Origin: Trichodelitschia bisporula
Lineage: Eukaryota
Length of the DNA: 64,000 nucleotides
Direction of reading: 5' to 3'
NCBI GenBank assembly: GCA_010356995.1
Contig: ML996688.1
Coordinates: 558,001 to 622,000 of the forward strand
The position numbers and the translations under genes are program-made. The notes below the pieces were generated by a model. That model was not told the DNA's origin. It did not search any database and worked only from the letters and a program-made list of their open reading frames with translations. Of this stretch, positions 12,282-25,345 are shown in pieces; positions within the stretch are counted from its first letter, which is position 1, and each line of letters begins with the position of its first letter.

Positions 12282-15200
12282 ATGGTTAGCGTTCGCGACG
12301 AAGGTCAAGGCGAGGAGCCGCGCAGTGCTTTCCAGAGCTCAACTTTCGATCGCGATGTGCAGATACGCGTCAACGAGGCAGTCGGCTCGGCTTCCATCTC
12401 CCCTGCTGGGAGGGATGTTGTCCTCGCTTCGTAAGCTGTGATCTACCTAGGTCTGGCAGCCGCTAACTCGAGTGGTCATTCAGTCGCGAAGGCCTGCACA
12501 TCATCGACCTCGACTCTCCGTATTCCCTCCCAAGACACTTGATTCATCGCTCTCCGTGGGAGGTTGCCGATGTTCAATGGTCACCGTTCGGCTCGCGAGA
12601 CTACTGGATTGCCAGCACATCCAACCAGAAAGCTCTCGTCTGGAATCTGGAGTTGAGCCCCACTTCGCCAATTGAACACACCCTTCACGCCCATAGCCGC
12701 GCTATCACCGATATCAACTTCTCCGCTCACGAGGCCGACGTCCTTGCAACATGCGCAGTGGACAGCTACATTCACTGCTGGGACTTGCGGCGGCCGGCAA
12801 AGCCTATTATGAGCTTTGCTGATTGGATCGCAGGTGCAACGCAAGTCAAGTGGAACCGTCAAGACCAGAACATACTGGCATCCTCTCATGACAAGTTCCT
12901 CAAGATTTGGGATAGGCGGAAAGGCGCATATCCATTGAGAGTTATACAAGCCCACACGACCAAGATATACGGATTGGATTGGAATAGGACGAGTGCTACT
13001 GAAATCATCACTTGCTCCTTGGACCGGACGATAAAATTCTGGAACTATTCGAAAGACTATGACCTCCCGGACAGGGTAATCAGGACGCCTTTCCCAGTAT
13101 GGAGAGCTCGCCATACACCTTTTGGTCGGGGCTTGCTTGCCATGCCGCAGCGTGGCGATTTCAATCTCCATTTGTACGATCAACACCTCAGGGAGGGAGA
13201 GGAGCTTAGTTCTGCAATCCAGCCGGTCCATTCATTCAAGGGCCACAGCGGCCAGGTCAAGGAGTTTCTCTGGCGGTCTCGCGGAGACATTGCTGGTGGA
13301 ACGGACAATCGGGAATTCCAGTTGATTTCTTGGGGTCGAGACAGGAATTTGCATCTCCACCGAATCGATCCCCAGCAGCTGCTTGCCGTGGGCTTCCAAA
13401 AGGGCGGCCCTGCGATGCAGAACGTTCGACTCACTCGTAAAGATGCAGTCTACAAGACCTTTCAACAGGCAACGCCTCGGCCAGTGAGGTCGAACTCTGG
13501 TCCCAAGGACCAGGGTACGCGTCCTCGCGGCCTTGGAGCGCTTGTCACCGCTGCTGGTATGAGCAAAGCGTCAGCCCTCATGGCGCCTGTCGGTACCGAG
13601 TGCGGCTTCATGACTCCTGCTGCCAGCATCTACGGTCGGAGACACCCGAGGACGACTATTAACCCAATCAAGTGGATGGAGGGCGTCAAAATGGGGAGTC
13701 GTCGCGCTGATACTCATGATTCTCTGACGCCCCGGCTTCCTTGGGATACGCCGGAGAGTCTCAGTGATGAGATGACCTTTGTTGCCAGGAAGTACGCTAA
13801 AATTACGTTCGAAAAGGCCGACGTGCACCGCAGATTGGCCACCGTTACTTTGCAAGGCCCCTGGGGGCTGGATGTGAAGCCCGCATTTCTTAGGATTCAC
13901 TTCGAGTTTCCCTCCGATTACCCTACTACGGCGTCTCCAGACTGCGCGCTGGAGCGTACGGCATCCGGCATATCTGACCAAACTATGAAGCGATTAGGTG
14001 AAGAAATCAAGTCCATTACAGACCACTACAAAGCTCGGGGTCTTGGATGTTTGGAGGCTGTCATTACTTATCTGCTAGGCGAACGTGGGCTGGAGGAAAG
14101 CATCTCTATCCCACTCGATGACGTAATTGACAATGGATATGCGCTACCCGCCGACGAGAGCTCCAGCGATGACGACGATGCCGTAGGTGGACCCGTTCAA
14201 GATTTGGAAACGAGCGCAGCAGATACTCTCAATCCCGGCGTGGCGCAGGCCAATGCGCCTATACCCAGGGTTTGCGGAGCTTGCTGGTCGACTGACGGTC
14301 GTCTTGTGTGCTTTTTCCCGCCAAAGCCTGAGCCTGAGCCGCTGTTCAGTTTGGATGCTCTGAGAAACAACGAACGTGGTAAGACTCAACGGCATTTTGA
14401 GGGGTTTGGTCGCATTGTTAGCGATTCTCCCATCGCCAGAGACCGAAAGCCGTCAGGTTCGGACGATGAGAACGGTGGCTCCTCAGGTGGCTCCTGGGGC
14501 ACTTCATCCCCCAGTTCTTCGGATGAATCTGAGGATATTAGCCACCTGCCTTCGAGGTTTGAGCCGCCGTCGGCCTGGAGAGCAGCCACCCTGCGATATC
14601 AAAAGACGTCGTCTCACTCCAGCAACGGGTACGGTAAGCCGGGAACAACACCCAAGCCGAAATCTGTCATCTCCATCCACGATTTCTCAGCCCTGCTTCC
14701 GGCAAAGCGGATGCTCGCTAGCGAATATCGGATATTCGGTGACGGCCCAGAAGTGTGCGCCCACAATGCCGAAGTGGCCAGCAACAATGGGCAGCAAGAC
14801 ATCGCAGCGGTATGGAAACTCTGTGAGCAAATTCTCTACGATGATGTGCCACTGGAGATCATGGAGCAGGCCTACCGCGACGAACCAATCCTCGTACTTG
14901 CGAAGCGCAACATGGTCAGGGTGCGGCGCAAGGAAAGCGGGCTTGACTTGCAGTTTGACGATCCGGGGTCAGTGTCAAATCCGAAGCTCAGGGGCCGCGT
15001 CAAATGGGGCCAACATCCGTTTGCCGGCTCATGGCTGATACCTGTACTGTGAGCGATCCACCTGAGTGTTGTTAGTGCTCTTCTAATGGTTCTAGGTTTG
15101 AGTACTTTGAAAGGGTAGCTGACACTCAGATGCTGGCTATGCTTTCGTGCATTTTCAGCGAGCCAGCTGTTCGCCAGGCTGTGTCCAATGCGCTAATCGG

Positions 15201-16608
15201 ACTTGAGCAGCAGGTGAGGAGCTAAATATTAAATCTGGATGCTGCTAATCAGGTAAAGGAACTGCCGATAGCCATGAAGGCCCCGGCGTTTTCGCTCGAT
15301 TACTTTCCATCGCAGGAAGTTGCATGGAGCCTGTTTGGTAACGCGCCATCCCGCACGAACTCTGGTGCGCGCAGATCGCCGAAGATGAATGATTTCTTCA
15401 ATGCTCCAGCCGGCACGTACGGGTCTGCAGGATCATCGAATGGACCATGGACCGGCGACTTGACTCCGAGTGGACCGACCACTCCCTTCTCGACTGGAAA
15501 TACACCGCCCGCTTATTTTCGCCGGGCGCGTAGCATGGGCAACAGCCTGTCCACATCACCGGAAACAGCCCAGCGCGCAGTTAAGAGATCTAACTCAAAC
15601 CTCTCCACCGCGTTCGCCTCGTTGAAACCTTACCTTATGGCCTCGTCTCCTCCTGTAGCCGAGAGATTTCGTGGCGAGGCTGACCTTTCGACTTCCGCGC
15701 CTACCACTGGAATCACCTGGGGAGTCAACACGTTTTACAACGACACCTCGAATTCGCCCAGCAAGCGCCGACGGTCGAGCAAACGGAGCAGCTTTGCCAT
15801 CTATGATAGTTCCTACGACTCCTCTATGTCGGATGAGAGCGACTCTTCGGGCGGGGAGTACGAAGGTCCTACGGTCCAGCCTGTTACAGACCACACCCGT
15901 TCACTTACGGTCAGGGTGACACTAAAGAACCAAGACCGCTTTGATCAGGAGGCACATGCAAGCATGCCCCTCTTGATTCCACCACGAGACCCGAAGTATC
16001 AAGCGTGCCGAGAAGTATACGCTGAGCAGTTGTGTGCCTGGGGTTTGGACACTCCCAGAGCGGAAGTTCTCAAATTCAGCGGGCTGACCCCGTATTGGCC
16101 ACCGGGAAGCGACGCCGATCACGATATTGCACAAACTCTTAACCGGCTAGAATTCTTGACCTCTGCGACCTTGAGTGCCCATCCGCCGTCCAAGACTTCA
16201 GGCACTGAGTCGAAGCTGACTAGCGTCGGCTCTACGTCGGCAACTCCGTCGCTCTATGAAAAAGATCCTTCTCCGCTACGAGACATGTACAGTCGAAGTT
16301 CTCTACAGATAGATCTCGGTCGTCCCAACGGATGGGAGCAAGGCATTGTGGACCCGCATCGCGATACGGGAAAGTGGCAGGTTTCGGAAAAATCGCGGGG
16401 AGTATGGTCTGGGCAGCGTGAAAAGGTCCGTAAAGCAGACGTGATTCCGGCAAACTGTCGAATATGCCTGGAGAGGATTGACGGCCACTACGCCATTTGC
16501 AGTAATGGCGTCCACATGCTGCACTGGAACTGCTATCACACATACGTCAACGCGAAAGGCGCGGACGATTTTGATGACGATGTGGTTTGCAACTGCCCCG
16601 CCGCATAG
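12282..16608 (+). CDS. MTC5: WD40-RWD-zinc finger protein of the SEA/GATOR2 complex (Mtc5/Sea3/WDR59); exons ~12282-12430, 12484-15048, 15096-15213, ~15259-16608
   Basis: ASISPAGRDVVLAS, WEVADVQWSP, HSRAITDINFS, FPVWRARHTPFG WD40 repeats; RWD-like FEFPSDYP; DTQMLAMLSC; C-terminal CRIC...H..H..C. Confidence 0.92.
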
Positions 16609-16784
16609 CATGGCTGCCTGAGAGGTGCGAGCCAACATATAGCAATCAGCGGAGGCATGATGTAGGGTTCTGTAAACATTCGACGCTTGTCCAGTGGATG
16701 AACATATCGTCGCGCCATTGGATGACAGTATTGTCATGGAACACCTATTTCTTCCAGCAGATCCCCATCGGCATCTTCGCAGAA

Positions 16785-17660
16785 CTAGTTTCGTTCCTCC
16801 TTCAGGGCCCGTTGCCGAGCCAGTCCCTCTTCCCGCTTTCTGCGGCGTCGTTCCTCCGGATCTTCCCATACCATAGCAGGGCTACCAGTCCCGCCGTACG
16901 AGGCAAGCAGCGCCGTGCGGAAGCGAGCGATTCTCTGTGCATTCACTCCGAACCTTTCCCGAGCGACGGTCACAAGGGTGTGCAAGTGGGCCTCTGACAC
17001 GATGCTGACTATGTCACCCCCGGCGGTTTGATAGCCAACAATGGCGTCAAGGGCTAGGCCAGTAGATCTGATAGCCACCATGGGCTCGCAGCCACCCTCG
17101 GGCGTTGAAGCGAGGCTTACAGCGCCGCTTTCGCGGAAGCCAGCCTGGAGGGCAGCAGACAGAACGAGCTGGGCATCTTTAAGGGAGGTGGCGAGCAGAT
17201 GAATGATCTAATGATCACATCAGCCAGGTTAGAAGCAAACCATAAGACAAACCATGGCCTCGAATTTAAAATGTACCAGCCTACAGTCCGGTCCGTACTC
17301 CGCATCATCCTCGTGCTGACTGCCCAGGCCGAAGAGATCGTGGAGCGTGGAAGCATTACTCGACAGCGGTTCGTGGCTCACGTAAAGCCAGTTGCCCCCA
17401 CCGCCCTTGCCCCCGGGACCGGCAACGGCCTGTGGCTCTAGTCCCTCAGACGGGCCCTTCTTTCGTCCTTCTAAGAACACACTGATGCGACCGGCGCAGC
17501 TGCTTGTGGTGACGAGGGTGGGTATGGCGTTTATCTCATCGACAAGGGCGCGGATCCCCTCGTCCACACTTCCTTTGGGCGAGAGATCGCTGTATTGATC
17601 ATCTGGAGTATCCAACTGCTGAACAATACGCAGCTTTTTGGCCTTGAAGCCGTTCGACAT
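16785..17660 (-). CDS. TYW3: tRNA wybutosine-synthesizing methyltransferase Tyw3; one intron (~17252-17208)
   Basis: DLSPKGSVD, LVTTSSCAGRISVFLEG, GGKGGGGNWLYVSH, AGFRESG, MVAIRSTGL motifs. Confidence 0.94.
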
Positions 17661-20600
17661 AGTTAAAAGGTGCGTGTGGTTGAAAGTGCGTCTATGTAGC
17701 CGCTATGACGTCGAAGTTTTGACGTTGGTGGAAGCTGTCGCCAGCCGCGACAACCGCGCCTGCCCCGCCAGCGCACAGACGCGGGTAGCATCCGAGTTGC
17801 ACTGCGCAGCACAAAGCACGCCGAACCTCAGGCTTTGATTGTACTATCGATTTTCTCTCTTTTCAAATGAAAAGTCAGCCTCGTGGACATGCCAACGCAT
17901 TCCTGCACGGACATGGGGGCCACTCGGAAGGATTGCAACGGGGAATTTTGTTAGAGATCCCTTGCAAAGTCGGGCGGAGTCGCCATGAAGCCGCACATAC
18001 AGTGCTAGCAATTACCTCAACGTATCCCGAGCGAGGTCAAGGATCCAGGTGCGGTGATGCTCGGTATGTGGTAAGAAGAGTTACGAAGCGCCCGACCCCA
18101 GCCTTCCTCTGCCGGCGATGTGACTTTCAAGCACACCTCGTGGTCATGCCAATTCCCTCGGCCAGGTGCATCATGAGCGTGGCGGGCCGCCCGACGGCGA
18201 GACAGGAACTGCGGAAGCCACCAATGAAGATCGGGTGTCACCACACATCACCGAAACTATTATTTCCGTTTCCCACGGCAAGCGGAGGGGTCCAGCCGGG
18301 CTCGGAGCAGAATGCGAGATGGCGCGCAGGCTGGCCGCTCATACCAGTGGAGACACTTCCTATTTAGCGTACCACACAAACATTTGCTTTCGGCCGGCCG
18401 GATTCCTCCTGCTATTAATCATGTCACGGGCGAGTAGCATTGGGCAGCATTAGCTCTTCGAGTTTGGTGCGATCCCGATCGCTACGGGCGTGAAAGTGAG
18501 CAAGCAGACGCGGCAAACCACACGGGGCACCGAAGGGCTGAAAGCAAGAGGCATCCACAAGGATGTTGGCCGGCCGTCCACGTAACGGCACATTCTGGGT
18601 GGGATTCCTGACTCCTGGCTGGCTGCTGTGCCGCAGCTAGGAGGCGGACAACAGGGAGTGAATACGGCGAGGAGGAACAGCTGGCGATGGAGATAACGGG
18701 GGCCCATTGCATGGATCGAGGACGCCTCTAGGTGAAAACAAAGCACTTGATCACACTGGGGCTGAAATGGCGAGCATTGGAACGTCAAGCGAGCGCGAAC
18801 GGAAGTGGGGTACGTGATTCGGCAAGGACAGACAAGAGGGGACTTGTGTCAATGACGAAGCCGGAGGGAGGTTTGGGGAAGGGGAGTGATGGAATTGTGG
18901 GGAGAATGAGGAGAGCAGAAAGGCGTGCTCGTGGACTGGGCGAGCGCTTATCGGTGAGCGACGGGCGCGCTACGAAGGTGCAGCGCGGTGACGGGTTGGC
19001 CAGCTCGTCGAAGCGTGCGATGCCATTTGCGGGAGCGCGACGGGAAGAGCGGACGGCTCGTACCCTGCACGCAGATGATTTCAATCACATGATGATGAAG
19101 GCGTCCAATTAGACGAGCGGAACGACTTAAAAAGGACTGGTTCCTCGGGGCGAGCAAGCCCAGGTTCTGCAGCCGGGGCCAGCCGGCCGCCTTCCCAGAC
19201 CAAGAGAGTTGCGTCCATCGGCGCGGGCCTTGCGAGGGGGTAGAGCCGGGGGGGGTGGAGAAGAGTTGGTGCACGGGGAAAGGCGAGGGCAGCACACGGG
19301 CTTGCGGCCAGTACCGTACAGTAGCCGGTGCAGCGGAGGCGAAAAAGGGCACGCCACTAGCCGGGGTATAAGTGGTTGAGGGGGAGGATAGAGTACGACT
19401 TTCCACAGTATTTCCCCGGCGTACATCGTATAACCGGTACTCCAAGGATACATTACCGGTACATGTCCCATGAAGATGGGGGTAGAAGAATACAGACGGC
19501 TTACATTACCTTCCCCACCCCCCGCCAAGCCTTCAAGTAAGGCCGCTGCTGTGGCTCGGCGGGGCGGGGCGGGGCGGGCGGGCTTGCGGATGACGGAAGG
19601 CACGATGCGGGCAAGCCGGGGCCGTCGGGGGCGCTTTCTGCGCTTCCCGCTTCGTCAGTTGCCTTTTGTAAAGTTCGTACCATACGGTAGTGAAGTGGGG
19701 CGCACCCTCCCGTTCCTCTAACAACCCCCACAATCTCTCGTACCAAGATCAACCCCCCCCGCCCCCCCGCACCGTCCGCGCCTCTCCGCCTCGTTTCACT
19801 CACTACCGTACTACCACCACTACCAACCTTCTCCTCAACCGCGCACTACACCCGAAAACCGACAAGGCACCCAAGCGTAACTTCCGCTAGCGCCACTATC
19901 CCTTCACATCGCAGCGCCTTGGGCCAGCAGATGAAAGAAGTTGGGGTCGGCTTTTGAGTCTTGGGATGTGATCGTGGTGGAGAGGGGTGGGGGGACGAAA
20001 GATGTCCATCGCTGATGAGGATGCGTAGGGACTGCACCATGCGGTAGTGGTGATGGTAATGATGATAAACGATATCCAAGCCGTGATACAAAGGTAGGTT
20101 TAGCGGATTTTCTTGCCTTGAGCTCCTCAAGATATCCATCCGCCTTGTCCTTAATTTTGCTCACTTTATTTCTCTCCTCTTGTCTTCATCCTCTGGCGCC
20201 ATATCCCTCTTCAAACATTATTCGCCGTATCCTCCACCCCGAGCCATCTTCCCCGAGTTCAAAGTGTTCACACCGAGTCTGATCAACACTCAGACGTGTC
20301 ACACTCTGCCTCTTGGTTCATTTATCGCTTATGGTGACACGTCACCGCCATCCCGCCTCCCGCGCTGCCATGATAGACCGCCAGCACGCGTCGCACCTCG
20401 GTTTCCGCTCGGCGCACCGCCGCTCGCAGCCGCTTGCCGCCTCTCACTTTCTCCCCGCCTGCGTGACTCTCACTCAGGCGGCCCACCCACAGAGCACACC
20501 TACCCCCCCACCCCCTACCCCAGCATCATTTCCACACAACAACCCCCTCCCCTTCCCTCCCCGCTCCCCCGCGCCACCCCTCCCCCGCTCCGTGTGCCTG

Positions 20601-23600
20601 CGACGTCAGGCGCTCGCTCGCGATACGATAGGAACGGCCCGCCCTGCAGCCGGCGGACCGCGTGTTTCTTGTTCATTATTGACACCGGTGACTGGGTCCC
20701 CCAGGACCCTGCCTCCCGCACTACCCGCAGTTTCTGCTTGAGAGAGCGCGAATCATGCGCCTATTGGTCGCACTACACTGCATGCAGTTGGCGGGCTGCG
20801 GTTCGCAAGGCTATTTCCCGCGCATCGTCGTGGCCTGAAGCGCGCCCTTTCTCCGCTGCTGCGGCCGATGGCTTGCGTGGTTGACGGCTTGTGTCGGCTC
20901 CATGCTTCGTCCTTGCGCTTCCTCTCGTCACACTTGGTGTTTCCCTTGCATGGACAGGCGGCAAACGCGTTCCAGCCAAAGGAACTTCCCGCGCGGCGCA
21001 GCCCAATTACAATTTGCGGGACGCATCGCTCCGACGCTTGGATCAGGATCTGTTCTGTAAGCGGAAAGTGCTAGGACTGAAGAAAATCAGCAGCGTGGGA
21101 TTCATCTGGAATGTGGGTTGTCCGGGGGTGTCGGTAGGTATGGAGGAGGGCATGCCGGGGACGGACGCGCGACAAGCGTGGGGAGCAAATAAAAGATGTA
21201 ACAGGATACGCGGCCCCGGGCCGTCCCATTTGGGCTTGTACCACGAAGCATCTGCGGGGAAGGGGTGGGGGTCGATCGATCGTTGGTTGCAGTTGACTGC
21301 TTTGCGGGTGTGAAGGGTCTCGTATGGAGGGTTGGTGGAAGATGGGATGCTTTTGAGAGCTGCCCACCCAGTCTTACGGAGACAACTCCATTTTCTCCAC
21401 TCCCTTTTACCGCTTTGCAACCCCCTTCCACAGGCAGCTCATCGTCACGCCGCCTACCGTATTTCCTGCATCTGCATTCCGCGTGCCACACCAGTCGCCT
21501 TCACCCCCCCACAAATATCAGCCCAAGATCCCTCCCCCCCACACCCCAGAGATGCATGCGGAGCCAAGCCGGCCGCGCCGCGATTTGCAACGACGACGCA
21601 ATTGCTCGTTCCTGAGGAGCAGCCGAAGCGGCGCTAGATGCTAGCGTACCGTACGGAGAACAGGAACACGGGTCTTGCCTGCTCCGTTCCGTTGCGGCTA
21701 CAACAGCCTCGGCCCGTCGAGCGAAAGGCGGCAGGAACCGGAGGATCACCGTGGACCCAGCTGTTCCCGGGGGGGGGGGGGGGGGAGTGGTAACTGCACA
21801 GTTTACGGTAAAGTTTGTTGGCTTGTGGAGCCAGAGTGACGACGTCCGTGTGCGGGATCCTACACCACACAGTCCAACGACACTCTCAGCCCCTCCACCC
21901 GCCTTCGGCATCACAGAAACGTCGGTCAGCAGGTTACTCGCTCCCCGAACTGGAGCACACCCGGATGCCTTAGCGACGGCTTTTTTTCTTCTCTTTTTTA
22001 GGTGATCCTGCGGGCCGCCATCAAACGGTCCATCGCGCCGAACGGAGTGGATGAGCGAGCCTTCTTGTGCGCCCCGTGGCCCAAGCGGAGGGAAACGGCC
22101 GCCTCTAACATTTCCAACAGGATCAGACCCCAGCCAGCCCAGAGGCCAAGGGCCCTGCGCCGGGTAGTCCCTTTCCGCGGCCTTTTTTCTTTGGGCTTTG
22201 GCAGCAGCTCACTGGCTGGCTCGGTCCTCCCCTGGACGGATTCATGGGATTGAGGGGGAAAAGGACCGTTGCCACGGCCAATTAAAACTGTCAAATTTGC
22301 CTGTCACAACGCCGCCGCCCACGAGCTGGTCCCAAGGCGTGGACAATCCGCAGCAGGGGGTCCTCACGTGAGGTCCTCTTCTTCGGGTCTTTATTTACCC
22401 TATCTCTTTAGGGTATTCTCGTCTCTCTCTCACCGCAAGTAAGGCAAGAGTCACACCTTGAGGGTTCATGGTGTGAAAGTGTGAGATGAGATGAAGGACG
22501 ACACTTGTTGAGCCCTGCGGATGTGCATACGGGTGTGTATGTGCCCGTGTGTTGCGGGGGGGGGGGGGGGGGGGGGGGGAGAGGGGCTTTAAGGATGAGA
22601 GGATAAAGGGGAGGGATGGGTACGAGGACTGTGAAGGGGTGTTGACGCCGAACATTGTGCTTCCCGACTCCCGCAGGACCACAACCCGCGGGCGGGTGAC
22701 TAGGGCCAGTCGGCGACCCGAGCAACGAACCCAAAGACGGCAATTATCCCTGAACCCCGGACGAGCTTGCCGCCCGCTCTGGGCGTCCCACCAGTCGTTT
22801 ATTCGAAATTTCGTGAGTGGGATTTATATTTCTCGCCCCGATGATTGCTATCGCATGCTCAAGCGTAGCGAAGCAGCTGAGCAGCTGTTGATTAAGGCGT
22901 TATCGCCGGGGGGGAAGGAGATATGGGCGGTTTGAAAAGGTGGAGAGAGGAGAGTGGAGGAGGCGGAGCCAGGCTAGTGGCCAACGGTTCAGCCATCCGT
23001 GAGTGGGGCCGGATGACTGCAGCACAGCCGTGCAGCCGTGCAGCGGGCAGCGGGCAGCGGGTTGGCGCGGGTCGCTGTGGACCGTCAGCCGTAAGCGACT
23101 GGGCCGACGCCCCCTCACATCGTCATGGATGGGGGGACCAGTGGCTTGGCTTGGCGACGAGCGCACCGCTGCCACCGGTTTTTTTCTCTCTTTCTCAACC
23201 TCGCGTGGCCGCGTGGGAGCCTGGCCATCTGCTGTCCGCGCCGCACTGCACGGTCCGCTTTCCCAATTTGTGCCCTTCCCCAAAAAGTTGCCTGCTTGGG
23301 CTGTTATATCTTTATTCCACCTATTCCACCTACAGTGCTCTTGGTACTGATGCAGAGCAGCGAACAAATCGAGCGGAGCATGAAGAACGCATAATAGCAT
23401 GGTGGCATGATGGAAACTCCATCAGAAAGAAAGCTAGAACTAGAGCATGGAAGAATGCGACTAGATAAGTCTCCGTCCCTCCCGTCGATCTTGACCGCCG
23501 TTTGCTTGATGGGCACATGAGGCCTGCTGCAGTCATAAACTCGTCGTACTTTGAGTTTATGAGAAACTAGGAGCTCGCACTGGTCAAACATTCTATGGTA

Positions 23601-24796
23601 CGCCTTTTTCTCAGTTGCTATGAGAATGGTTATGCTGCAGTATTGAGCTTGACTGTCGACTCGCATCAGCCCGCGAACGGAACATCGCGAGAGGGACGGG
23701 CCGATCAGGTGCGTGCCGACGGGCGAAACGGCGGGCGGGAGCATAGGGAAAGACTAGGGGGTGCATAGCGGCGGGAGTGGAGGCGGGTGTTTGATTGTTT
23801 GGGACCTTGGGGCGGCGGGCTCGCGGCGGTAAGCGTGCTAGGCCTGGGATAGCGGGTTTAGGCTTTTTTTCTGGCGTGGCGGGGGGGTGTGAGAAGCATG
23901 GTTACCGGTAGGGGTAGAGGAGGACGGGGAGCGGTAGACGTGGGTCGGTCAGACTACGAGGGTTTAGGTTACATTACACCCATGGAGAGGGGTATAACGA
24001 GAGACGAGAGCGAGGGGGGCGGGGCGGAAGGGAACAGATGACGGCGAGTGCCGGAGGTGTGCGCGCACCCCCTAGTGTTGGATTGACGAATGGCAATACC
24101 AGATCTCACGAGTCCGGGACCGCTGGGCCGACTGGCGGGCACGGCGGGGTGTGAGCTTTTGGGGAACAAGAGTGTGATGAGAGGCGGGAAGTGGAGGAGG
24201 AAAGAGGCGACAAGTGTGAAGAGTCGCGAGGGTTGGAGTAAGAGGCCCAATAGGCTACATAGACACAGGGATACTACGGTACATGGGAAGGTGACGACTT
24301 TGGTAAGCAGAGAGGGGTGTATGATTCACGGAGAAGCCAGAAGAATGAGTGACGAGAGAAGCGAGTCGAGGAGTGATGGTGGTGGACGTGTGGTATATAT
24401 ATTGATAAATGGTGATGGTGGTATAGGCGGGCGCACCGCTATTGAAGGGGAAAAGACGATCCTTGAGAGCAATGAGAAAGGAATGAGGGGCGGGAAGCGG
24501 CGAGGCGAGGCGAAGCGAGGCAAAAGCGTGTGTAAAGCAAAGATGTACCTACTGTAGCGCGCGTAGTAGCATGTGTGGGCAGCGTATCCGCGCAGCACCG
24601 GCAAGCCGTACATACCGTAACAAAAAAAGCTTAGTGCAGGCTATTCTTCGGGCGCTTCTAGCGGATATCCCGCCTTTAATCCTGCCCATCGCCCACGTTC
24701 TGGGACCTCGCGTCCCTTTCTGCTGGGTCCTCCCTCTCGATTTCCCTCCCGCACCTTGCGCCCGTTTGCCGTCCCTCCCGCCAAACCCAACCCAAC

Positions 24797-24833
24797 CCAC
24801 CACCACCACCACCACCACCACCACCACCACCAC
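24797..24833. repeat. (CAC)n microsatellite in the promoter region of the Zn2Cys6 gene
   Basis: About 12 perfect CAC units. Confidence 0.9.
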
Positions 24834-25345
24834 ACAATAATCGCAACCCACAACCACAACCCATCCCCATAACCACCCACTACGACCTTCCCACGCTTCT
24901 CAACCGTCCCCCACACCACTCCGACAGGCTTTCTTTTCCTTCTCCTCTCCTCTCTCTATCTGTCCTTTCTATCTCTCTATCTCGGCGGATCTGTCTTTCC
25001 TTGCGACTACGACCTTTCCCGTGCAGCTATCCCCTCCCCATTCTCCTCCTTCTATTCAAACCATCCCCAAAACTTCTCCGCGACTACCAGTTACCCTTCT
25101 TACATCGCGTCAATTCACATCGCCCTCACGCTCTCTCCATCTTCATAGCGTCTCCCCAGCTGCCTCCAGCCTCATTTTCGGATCTTCCCCGTTTCTGTGC
25201 TACCATCACCATCGCCAGCGCGCCTTCCTCACCCTCAACCCCCACACACGCGCTCCCATCTTCGCCACATGAGCGACGCGCCTCTGCGCCCATCATAAGG
25301 AGGAAGACAACAGGTCGTTGAAAAAGGGAAAAAAGGGATAGACAG

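Noticed and set aside
17700..25300. Many overlapping 60-230 aa ORFs
   Set aside because: Arg/Pro/Gly-rich translations expected from GC-rich non-coding DNA; no recognisable motifs
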